Of a stretch of 64,000 bases of DNA, positions 37,136 through 45,706 are shown piece after piece (position 1 is the stretch's first letter; each line of letters opens with the position of its first letter). The notes under the pieces are model-generated. The model was not told the origin of the DNA. It saw only the letters and a program-made list of their open reading frames with translations, and did not search any database. This DNA comes from Dehalococcoidia bacterium. Its GTDB lineage: Bacteria; Chloroflexota; Dehalococcoidia; Lucifugimonadales; UBA3495. The position numbers were made by a program, and so were the translations under genes. Where the stretch lies: positions 1,151,722 to 1,215,721 of the forward strand of contig CAXXON010000001.1 in NCBI GenBank assembly GCA_963667765.2, written 5' to 3'.

Positions 37136-37196
37136 AAACCTTTTTCGTCCGTGGGATCGTCAGATCCCACAGCAGAAAGCGATTACCTCATCCACG

Positions 37197-37403
37197 TCAG
37201 CGGCTAACCCGGTCCAGTTCCGCTAGAAGTCGGCCATCGGCGCGATGGGCAAGTTGGATTAGTGGATTCCATACGCTTCCGAAGAATGCATTACGAGCAT
37301 ATCCTCGGGAACTAGGATTATGGTCCTCGGGCAGCCACTCCTGCAACGCCAGTGGCAGCAGCAGGGGTTGGTCGGGATCGTAGGGAAGGTAGGTCTTGCT
37401 CAC
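37197..37403 (-). pseudogene. N-terminal fragment of an IS1182/IS5-like transposase
   Basis: MSKTYLPYDPDQPLLLPLALQEWLPEDH is the conserved N-terminus of this transposase group. The frame then degenerates. Confidence 0.5.
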
Positions 37404-37629
37404 CGATCGGCTCCGTTGGCTGAATGCTCACCCCATCATACCCGCAACGGCCGGCCACCGGTGTTCCTCGGACAGGCTACCAGAGAGAGGAGCTGCCAAG
37501 TTGCGATACCTCTCTCCAGACCCAGGGCTGCCCTCAGATCCCTCTGGTTATCTCATCCACCTGTGCATAATTCGGTAAGACTCATGAATCGTGGACAATT
37601 GTGTAAGTCCTGTCCCGATTCAGACGGTT

Positions 37630-38082
37630 TCATCTGTGGCGGCGGCGCAGCCGCAGGGATACATAGGTGATGGCTGATGACGTGATCAGGCTCAGCACGC
37701 CGCCGATTAGAATGTCGATGGGCACCAGTGCCCCAGGCCAAGTTTTAGTCATCATGTAAATGGGCACCACGTAGGTGGCATAGGCGGCGCAGCCGAATGT
37801 GAAGCTGTTTCTCGCCGCTTTCAGCAGGCTATCCTCGCGCAAGGCCGGTTCGATGGCCAGGACGCTGTTCGCCAAACCGATGAGCAGGAAGAATACCAGC
37901 GCGGCCAACAGCACGGTGCCGCCCAGCTCGTCCAGCGGCCTGCCGAACTGGTCCAGCAGCACATCGTGGCCGCTGGATTCGTAGAAGTTCTCGTACATGC
38001 CCCGCACTGGAGGAGAGAGGTTCCACGCTATGTCAATGATGGCGTAGACCAGGAACGCCGCTATGAACCTCGCGTATTGCAT
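37630..38082 (-). CDS. membrane protein, possibly DUF2177 family
   Basis: The internal Met of ORF 37630..38313 gives MQYARFIAAFLVYAIIDIAWNL... with four hydrophobic segments. The family assignment is from memory only. Confidence 0.35.
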   Translation of the reverse strand: MQYARFIAAFLVYAIIDIAWNLSPPVRGMYENFYESSGHDVLLDQFGRPLDELGGTVLLAALVFFLLIGLANSVLAIEPALREDSLLKAARNSFTFGCAAYATYVVPIYMMTKTWPGALVPIDILIGGVLSLITSSAITYVSLRLRRRHR

Positions 38083-38509
38083 CGTCACTCTGCCTTTGTG
38101 ATGGTCATTGGTTCTCCTTGTCCATTTGTCCGAACTGTGATTTTGATCATTGATTCGATAATCATGGCAATCAAATGAATCAAGGGAATCACAACTCAGA
38201 CAATTACAACTCCGCTGTCGATTTTCAGCGTCATTGACCGAGATATTCACGGTCATTGACCACCTCGAGAGCGGAGCGATCAGACAAATATCAGGTTGTC
38301 GTTTGCCAGTCAATCACCTCCTTCGTTGCTGTCATTGTAGCGGAAGTCGGCTTTCACGGCCTTGTAGTCCTGGTTGTACGACTCGTGGCCGAGGCCTCTG
38401 GTAGCTGAGCACAGCGCGCCGGGCCATTACGCCCCGTCTGGTCTGGGTACATTCCTGCCAGTTATCCGTGTCGTCCTGCTCGAAGGTTCCCAAGGGGCCG
38501 AAGCCCTGG

Positions 38510-38787
38510 ATGGGGTTCTGTTGCATTTTGCAGGGTAGTCTCACTAGCCCAACCAACATCCAAATATGAATCCGCACAGAAATCCCGGTTCTGAATGGCG
38601 TGCACGAGGGCATTTCTCTTCATACCGCGGGCCGTGCCAGTAAAGCTGGCACGGCCCACAATAGTGCTCTGTTACAACCAGATCTCGCCCCGGCTCTCCA
38701 ATGATAATTTTGAAAAGACGGCTATCTTTCCTGAAGTGTTTGAGCACGTTTGTCTCCTTTACCCTGCAAAATGCAACAGAACCCCAT
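38510..38787. repeat. 28-bp perfect inverted repeat flanking a 222-bp insert (MITE-like or long hairpin)
   Basis: ATGGGGTTCTGTTGCATTTTGCAGGGTA at 38510-38537 has its exact reverse complement at 38760-38787. Confidence 0.7.
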
Positions 38788-38858
38788 TCCCTAATTTTCA
38801 CCAAAAGTGCAGAAGGGTCGACTCATGGGATCCATCTCACGCCAGTGAATGCCCTCCG

Positions 38859-39317
38859 TTAGTCTTCATCGGCAGTCGAGATATAATCCCCCCACTCTTC
38901 GATGCGGGCCGGGTCCAGCCTTTGTATGCCATCCAGGCGGTCGAAGTCGGTGTCTGCCGAGATGATGCGGCTAACTCCCACCCGTTGCATCACCGCAGTG
39001 TGGACCAGGTCCCGGGCGCTTACCCCCGGATGGCGGTCGGCCAACTCCACCGCCAAGATAACGTCTTCCCCGTGGACGGGTACAATACGCCCACGCATGG
39101 CCTCGGCGAAAGCCCGCACCACCTCCCGGCCCAAGGCCCATCGCCCAGAGGCCAGATAGCGGTGCAGAATTTCCTGGAGGACCTCCGAGTCGGTTACGAA
39201 AGACTGAGGGTCGTCCGGCAGTACGCGAAGAACCCGGGCGCATGGCTCTTTATAGGGATGGTCCCTGCCAGCGGCGTAGATGGGAATGTTGGCGTCAATG
39301 AAGACCGCCGGGTTCAT
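38859..39317 (-). CDS. vapC: PIN-domain toxin VapC
   Basis: MNPAVFIDANIPIYAAG...TDSEVLQEILH...SARDLVHTAVM...IISADTDFDR shows the four acidic PIN positions (D, E, D, D). Confidence 0.8.
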   Translation of the reverse strand: MNPAVFIDANIPIYAAGRDHPYKEPCARVLRVLPDDPQSFVTDSEVLQEILHRYLASGRWALGREVVRAFAEAMRGRIVPVHGEDVILAVELADRHPGVSARDLVHTAVMQRVGVSRIISADTDFDRLDGIQRLDPARIEEWGDYISTADED

Positions 39318-39546
39318 GGGCGGCCTCCAATTCTCGGGAGAGAGTGTCCGGTTCCGGTGGGTCTTCCACGTTCAATCCGATCAGCCGTTCAATCGCCTGT
39401 TTCCGGCGCGCTCGCACAATATCCTCATATGCGCCGTCGATGAGGCGCCGCACGACTTCGGAGATGGGTACTCCATTCTCCTGGGCTAATTCCTCCAATC
39501 GTCGCCGATGTTCTACGTCAAGCCGTACGTCTAGCCGGTTTGTCAT
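39295..39546 (-). CDS. vapB: RHH antitoxin VapB/CopG-like
   Basis: MTNRLDVRLDVEHRRRLEELAQENGVPISEVVRRLIDGAY is an RHH fold pattern. It overlaps the vapC start. Confidence 0.7.
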   Translation of the reverse strand: MTNRLDVRLDVEHRRRLEELAQENGVPISEVVRRLIDGAYEDIVRARRKQAIERLIGLNVEDPPEPDTLSRELEAAHEPGGLH

Positions 39547-39659
39547 ATAACCCTTCCCGTACGGAATCATTAGTGTGGCGTCGATTATCTCCGTGGGGTT
39601 TGCTGCCGGTCAAGGGTCTATCCCCGCGTGGGGGGAACCGGCACATCTTTCAGAGCAGC

Positions 39660-42459
39660 GCTTCAATGGGGGCACCGCCTTTCGGCGATGGAAAGATGGT
39701 CGATTTCCCGCTGGCCCCAGGCTCCTGCTCCATGCTTCAATGGGGCCACCGCCTTTCGGCGATGGAAACGGGATGTCGGTGCAGCTGAACCGGCGTTTGA
39801 CGTCACGCTTCAATGGGGCCACCGCCTTTCGGCGATGGAAAGGTCCGCCGCCAGTCCCATGAAAACGTGGGCCTCGTCGATGCTTCAATGGGGCCACCGC
39901 CTTTCGGCGATGGAAAGCATGCCCATGCTGGCCGCCGCCATCGATGCCGACGCGCTTCAATGGGGCCACCGCCTTTCGGCGATGGAAAGCTTTCGACCGG
40001 GACGTGGAGGTGAACATCAACGGACAGCTTCAATGGGGCCACCGCCTTTCGGAGATGGAAACTTTCGACGATCGTTGCCAGCAGTACCTGGACCAAGAGC
40101 TTCAATGGGGCCACCGCCTTTCGGAGATGGAAACTTTCGACGATCGTTGCCAGCAGTACCTGGACCAAGAGCTTCAATGGGGCCACCGCCTTTCGGCGAT
40201 GGAAAGCTACTCACCCGCATAGGCTAGGAGGCCAGACGTGGAGCTTCAATGGGGCCACCGCCTTTCGGCGATGGAAAGTGCACAGCCTCATACCGGTGGT
40301 CCTCTCCCTGTTGACGCTTCAATGGGGCCACCGCCTTTCGGCGATGGAAAGCATCGCCGCGGGCGACTACCTCCGCGCCAAAAATGCCGAGCTTCAATGG
40401 GGCCACCGCCTTTCGGCGATGGAAAGGCCAGCGGCTGCAGATCCGGATGTCCGAGATCCGGGAGCTTCAATGGGGCCACCGCCTTTCGGCGATGGAAAGG
40501 TCTGCCCGGACCTCCAGCTCCTCATCGAGAGGAAGGCTTCAATGGGGCCACCGCCTTTCGGCGATGGAAAGCTTCCATAAAGCCGTTGGTGAGGGCCACG
40601 GAGATATTGCTTCAATGGGGCCACCGCCTTTCGGCGATGGAAATCCTGATAACCTGTCTGATGGCTTCCTGTGGAACGGTGCTTCAATGGGGCCACCGCC
40701 TTTCGGCGATGGAAAGCGTCTGGTAATGGCAGAAATGTCGGCGTCAGGAGTACCGCTTCAATGGGGCCACCGCCTTTCGGCGATGGAAACGGCGAGTATT
40801 CGGCTGACCATTGACTGCGACATCCCGCTTCAATGGGGCCACCGCCTTTCGGCGATGGAAAGCTCGCCGTCGCGGATCTCGCCTGTCTGGTCAACCTTGC
40901 TTCAATGGGGCCACCGCCTTTCGGCGATGGAAAGTTCCGGATCCGCCTCAGGGGTTGGAATGCGCCAGCCCTGCTTCAATGGGGCCACCGCCTTTCGGCG
41001 ATGGAAAGATGGCCAGGGTCATTCCATCGCCCTCCTCAAATTTGCTTCAATGGGGCCACCGCCTTTCGGCGATGGAAAGACGAATCCGAGCGCGCCCTTG
41101 ACTCGCCGATTCTCGCGGCTTCAATGGGGCCACCGCCTTTCGGCGATGGAAAGTCCCGAAAGTGGAGAGAATTGGGCCCTGCACACGTTGCTTCAATGGG
41201 GCCACCGCCTTTCGGCGATGGAAAGAACGGCCATCGACACAATATCGAGTGATCTTGGAGTAGCTTCAATGGGGCCACCGCCTTTCGGCGATGGAAAGTA
41301 CGTCAACGACCCGTGTGTGCCATTGGTCAAACCCGCTTCAATGGGGCCACCGCCTTTCGGCGATGGAAAGCAGCAGGCTCCGAGATCGACACCATCGAAC
41401 AACTGAGGCTTCAATGGGGCCACCGCCTTTCGGCGATGGAAAGTTCTCGACGGACTCGGCAAGCGTGTCGCTCTTGCGCGCTTCAATGGGGCCACCGCCT
41501 TTCGGCGATGGAAAGAGAATGAGCTGCAGGAGCAGCAGGTCCTGGACGGCGCTTCAATGGGGCCACCGCCTTTCGGCGATGGAAAGCGTCCAGTCGGACC
41601 CGGCCGGGAACGCAAAAATCTCGCTTCAATGGGGCCACCGCCTTTCGGCGATGGAAAGGGCGTGGGCCTCTCCGGAGATGACCCCGGTCTCCATGCTTCA
41701 ATGGGGCCACCGCCTTTCGGCGATGGAAAGAGTCTGGCTCTTGTGAGGTCAACTCTCAGGCGTTCGGGCTTCAATGGGGCCACCGCCTTTCGGCGATGGA
41801 AAGATTCATGCTTGCCACGGCCGCCGACGACCTGATGAGCCGGCTTCAATGGGGCCACCGCCTTTCGGCGATGGAAAGATGGATCATCCCCACGTTTCCG
41901 TCCATCGACCCGACGCTTCAATGGGGCCACCGCCTTTCGGCGATGGAAATACAGTACGCCACCATCGCAGCCCAGCGCATACCAGCGCTTCAATGGGGCC
42001 ACCGCCTTTCGGCGATGGAAAGACTGATGCAGCAACGTAGGTACCTGGACGTGAAACATGCTTCAATGGGGCCACCGCCTTTCGGCGATGGAAAACGGTT
42101 ATTTCCTGGTACTGCTGGAGCCACTTAAAATGCTTCAATGGGGCCACCGCCTTTCGGCGATGGAAACCGGTGAGGATTTTAGCCTGTCCTCGCAGCAGTC
42201 CGAGCTTCAATGGGGCCACCGCCTTTCGGCGATGGAAAGAGGAATATCGGACGGGGCGCGGCTCTGAAATACTGAGGCTTCAATGGGGCCACCGCCTTTC
42301 GGCGATGGAAAGGGTAACGTAATCGCCATCGTCAAAAGGCCGCAGTCGATGCTTCAATGGGGCCACCGCCTTTCGGCGATGGAAAGTTCGGCGGCTTCCA
42401 AGTCCCCAGCGTCGATGAATGCTTGCTTCAATGGGGCCACCGCCTTTCGGCGATGGAAA
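39660..42459 (-). CRISPR. CRISPR array, 39 repeats / 38 spacers; transcribed on the minus strand
   Basis: The 35-nt repeat on the minus strand is TTTCCATCGCCGAAAGGCGGTGGCCCCATTGAAGC. It ends in an ATTGAAGC handle and has a central CGCC-GAAA-GGCG hairpin. Spacers are about 36-39 nt. The far repeat (39660-39694) carries a C>G change at 39672, marking the trailer end. The leader side abuts cas2. Confidence 0.97.
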
Positions 42460-42653
42460 GGCTATTTGCAAACGCCTTCCGTCGCATCATTATGTTAAAG
42501 TGCGGATTTTCACAAGAAACGGTTAGCAATCCAGTGGGGCGCCCAAGGTGTCGCGGCTCTGTTCCTTCGACCGCTAGCTGGGAGGCTGCGAGCGGTTCAG
42601 CTTGGTAGCTGCACCCTCCTACCTCTCGCAGAGCGCGGTCTACCTGCGCTCCA
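42460..42653 (-). promoter_or_regulatory. CRISPR leader
   Basis: Non-coding interval between the cas2 stop and the first (newest) repeat. It is AT-richer next to the array (TTAACATAATGATGCGACGG on the minus strand). No promoter is mapped. Confidence 0.55.
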
Positions 42654-42944
42654 TCATACTACCACTGCCGCCCGGCGGGGCAAATCCCGGGCCTTTCCCA
42701 GAAAGGTCAAGCTCTTGGGGCCCCTGCCCTCCGAGGGTCCCAGGTCGACAATCAAGGCCCGGTCCTCCTTCAGGTTGAGGACTTCCGCAAGGGCCTCCTC
42801 CAGCAGCACCCTTTCCTTGGGAGAGAGGTCGCAGATGAACACGGAATATTGGGCTGGGTTACCAAACCCGTTCATCTTCCTGTATGTGCGGGCCAGCCGC
42901 TTGGAATCGGAGACGTCATAGCACACGAGAAAACGGTTGCGCAT
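42654..42944 (-). CDS. cas2: Cas2
   Basis: MRNRFLVCYDVSDSKRLARTYRKMNGFGNPAQYSVFICDLS is the canonical Cas2 N-terminus. 96 aa. Confidence 0.95.
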   Translation of the reverse strand: MRNRFLVCYDVSDSKRLARTYRKMNGFGNPAQYSVFICDLSPKERVLLEEALAEVLNLKEDRALIVDLGPSEGRGPKSLTFLGKARDLPRRAAVVV

Positions 42945-42946
42945 AT

Positions 42947-44704
42947 CTACCTCGTCCTGAATTCCGGATAGGATGTCAGTTCGCCGAGCAGGTGCCTGGA
43001 CAACAGACGAGCCTGCATTTCCAGCACGCGGCGATAGCTGACCGGGTAGCCGAACAGGGGGTGGGTGACCAGGGTGTCCATCCGGCGTTCGTAGGCCTCG
43101 ATGACCCTGCGGCGGCCGTTCTGGGTGAGGGCCGTTGCGTTTCCCCGGGTGATGAAGTGCTCCGGCCCCAGTTCCCCGTTGTTGATGAGGGTCAGGCAGA
43201 CCGAATCGGCAATCAGGGGACGGAACTCTTCCACCAGGTCCAGGGCCAGAGCTGGCCTGCCGTACCTGGGCTGGTGATAGAAGCCCAGATACGGGTCGAA
43301 GCCCACCGTGAGCGCCGTGATGGTCGCCTGTTTGATCAGCATCGCGTAGAGAAAGGAGAGGACGGCGTTCACCGGGTCCTTGGGAGGACGCCGGTTTCTC
43401 CCTCGAAAGTCGAAGTCCAGGGTCTCGTTCTTGACCATTCCGCTAAACTCGGAGAAGTAACTGCGCGCGGCGGCTCCTTCGATTCCCAGGAGAGTCTCCG
43501 GGGACGAGGCGAAGAGCGCCTTTTCCGCCAGGCGGTTGAGTTCCTGCAGGATGGCTGGCGGAGCCTCTCGGTGATTGCGGCGGAGCATGGTGCGGGAGTT
43601 TTTGATCTTGCCGAACACCATCCGGCGGGAGATGCGCAGGGCCGACTCCGGAGCCATCGCTGCCAGGTATTGCTGGCGGCGCAGTTCTATATTCTTGTGG
43701 CCCATGCCGCTGGTGATGCCCCGGAACCAGCCCCCGTAGCTGAAATGGCAGATGGGGATGTCCCGGTCGCACAGTTCCTGAAGCGCTTGGGCGGTGACTT
43801 GGACGTTGCCGAAGAGGGCCAGGTGGGAAATTTCCATCAGGCGGACCCTCTGGAGCACCTCTCCCTTCTGTTTAATCTCCAGCTGGCCGCCGGCTTTGCC
43901 GACGACCGCGCCCTGGGTCTGTACATAGACTGGGACGGTTTCGTCCCTGGCGGGGTACATTCGGCGAACGTCCTCCGGCTTTATAGACGGTCCATCAGGC
44001 GAGAGAAAGTTCACCTCGTCGGGGAGGCAGATGCCCGCCAGGGAGCACCTGGGGCACTTGGGACTGTCTACCAGGGGTTCTGGGATTCGCCCGGAGGCGG
44101 CCATGCCGCGAAGGCTGGTCAGCAGGTCCAGCGTGCGCGATACGAGGGCGTCGTCGAAGGGCACGGCCACCCGCTGGCGGGACTCCACGAAATAGAGCAT
44201 TCCCTGGGTGCAGGTGTAGCCGTTGGCACGGAGCAGCAAGCCTTGGATGCAGACCTGAACTCGCTCCGGCTCCCAGGCCCCCTCCGGGACGTCGGGAGCG
44301 GTGCCGTGCTTGTAGTCCACAGGGGTCGCCGCGTCGCCCTGGCCCTCGATGAGGTCGATGCGGGCGATGGCACCCAGAGAATCGTCGGAGATCAGCACTG
44401 AGCGAGCGTGTATGGGTTCCGGGGGCTCGCCGTCCTTCTCTTCCTCCGTGTCCGCAGCGTCGCTGCTAGATAGAGAGGGCAGCTTGCCGGAAGGGCGGTC
44501 AACCCTGCGGTGCTGGAATCTGCCCTCGACGGTGTCGACGCTGTCGGCGAATTCGCCCTGCACCCACTCCAGGTATGCCAGGCGGGGACAGTAGGCATAC
44601 TCGTTGAGCATCCGGGCGGGCACCAGTTCCGGCGCTGTACCGACGGATTGTCCGATTTCATGGTTGGCGGGCCCTTGCGCTGTCTCGACTCCTTCAATCG
44701 CCAT
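42947..44704 (-). CDS. cas4-cas1: Cas4-Cas1 fusion
   Basis: The N-terminal Cas4 part has YCPRLAYLEW, IDLIE...VDYK and CPRCSLAGIC. The C-terminal Cas1 part has NAVLSFLYAML and GFYHQPRYGRPALALDLVEEFRPLIAD. This fusion is typical of type I-G/I-U. Confidence 0.95.
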   Translation of the reverse strand: MAIEGVETAQGPANHEIGQSVGTAPELVPARMLNEYAYCPRLAYLEWVQGEFADSVDTVEGRFQHRRVDRPSGKLPSLSSSDAADTEEEKDGEPPEPIHARSVLISDDSLGAIARIDLIEGQGDAATPVDYKHGTAPDVPEGAWEPERVQVCIQGLLLRANGYTCTQGMLYFVESRQRVAVPFDDALVSRTLDLLTSLRGMAASGRIPEPLVDSPKCPRCSLAGICLPDEVNFLSPDGPSIKPEDVRRMYPARDETVPVYVQTQGAVVGKAGGQLEIKQKGEVLQRVRLMEISHLALFGNVQVTAQALQELCDRDIPICHFSYGGWFRGITSGMGHKNIELRRQQYLAAMAPESALRISRRMVFGKIKNSRTMLRRNHREAPPAILQELNRLAEKALFASSPETLLGIEGAAARSYFSEFSGMVKNETLDFDFRGRNRRPPKDPVNAVLSFLYAMLIKQATITALTVGFDPYLGFYHQPRYGRPALALDLVEEFRPLIADSVCLTLINNGELGPEHFITRGNATALTQNGRRRVIEAYERRMDTLVTHPLFGYPVSYRRVLEMQARLLSRHLLGELTSYPEFRTR

Positions 44705-44761
44705 AACATGCCTCTCTCTGCCTGGTCCGGCTGTTTTGGATCATGACCTGGCTGACATGGG

Positions 44762-45706
44762 TTAAACCGGAGTGGACGGGGTGAAGTTGCGGTAGCGGCC
44801 GTTGTTTATGCGCTGGGTCCTGAACACTTCCTGTATGCCCATGGCGGCCAGTCGGCGTCGGTTTGGGGCAGTTTCCTGCAGGACCCGCAGAGCCAGCAGG
44901 GAGCGGACCATATCCAGGTCTGCGGCGGGGTCCCAGACGGGCCAGGTAAAGAAGGCATCGCGGCTGCGATTTCCGGAGAACCCGGTGGTGATGGCCGTGC
45001 TGCGCACGGGCATTACCGGGAATAGGGGGAGTGCCTCAAAGGCCAGGCGGTTGGCGCCCCACTCGGTCCTGGGTTGCTCGCCCGACGCCGTCGGGTCGCG
45101 CCACCTGTGGGCATAGCGGCGGTCGTCCTCCGGGTCCCAGCGCAGCGACAGGCGGGAGTCGCCCCGTTTCCACGGAGCAAACAGACACTTACGGAGATGA
45201 TCCCGGGTGGTTTTCTGCGCAAGGTCGCGCATGGATCTGAGGAACTGTGTCTGTCCGGCTCCCAGAGTGCGGAAGGCAGTTTCCTGAGTCTGCCCCTTCC
45301 GGTCGGCGGACTGGGCGGAGTCGCAGCCGAAGGCCGCGATGAAATCCGCCGCTGCCCGTGATTCGGGGGCCGAGTCCGCAGCTTCCGCAGCGCTCAGTGC
45401 GTGGCCGCGGAACGCATCCGCGGGGACCGGAAGGTTGTCTCCGATTTCCAGGGCGTCATGCCCCGGTCGCATCCTCAAGAAACTCTCCAGCCCGTCCAGC
45501 GCCTGTTCCTCAGTGGGTTGGCCGCCGGCGGCGTGCAGCATGGGACGCCAGGTATCCCGCAGGGTCCAGGAGAGGCTGACCGGACGATCCGGCCAGGTCA
45601 GTGTGAGACCCCGGAGTACCCCCAGGGCCGCCAGGAAGGCCAGCGGGTTGGCCCCGTCCAGTCCTGGCATGAGCAGGCCGCCATGGGGATGTTCAAGTTC
45701 GGTCAT
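44762..45706 (-). CDS. csb3: type I-G/I-U associated protein Csb3
   Basis: The position between cas3 and cas4-cas1, the size (314 aa) and the N-terminus GLDGANPLAFLAALGVLR fit what I recall of Csb3. The family call should be confirmed by HMM. Confidence 0.6.
   Translation of the reverse strand: MTELEHPHGGLLMPGLDGANPLAFLAALGVLRGLTLTWPDRPVSLSWTLRDTWRPMLHAAGGQPTEEQALDGLESFLRMRPGHDALEIGDNLPVPADAFRGHALSAAEAADSAPESRAAADFIAAFGCDSAQSADRKGQTQETAFRTLGAGQTQFLRSMRDLAQKTTRDHLRKCLFAPWKRGDSRLSLRWDPEDDRRYAHRWRDPTASGEQPRTEWGANRLAFEALPLFPVMPVRSTAITTGFSGNRSRDAFFTWPVWDPAADLDMVRSLLALRVLQETAPNRRRLAAMGIQEVFRTQRINNGRYRNFTPSTPV

Noticed and set aside
38595-39443. 282-aa plus-strand ORF spanning the inverted repeat and vapC.
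   Set aside because: It runs antisense to a well-supported PIN-domain gene and crosses the MITE-like repeat. No motif was recognised.
39575-42608. Dozens of ORFs with recurring peptides (MGPPPFGDGK, LQWGHRLSAME, FNGATAFRRWK, FPSPKGGGPIEA, FHRRKAVAPLK) that look like a repeat protein.
   Set aside because: They are six-frame translations of the 35-nt CRISPR repeat. The periodicity equals the repeat-spacer unit (~73 bp) and the intervening segments are unique spacers.
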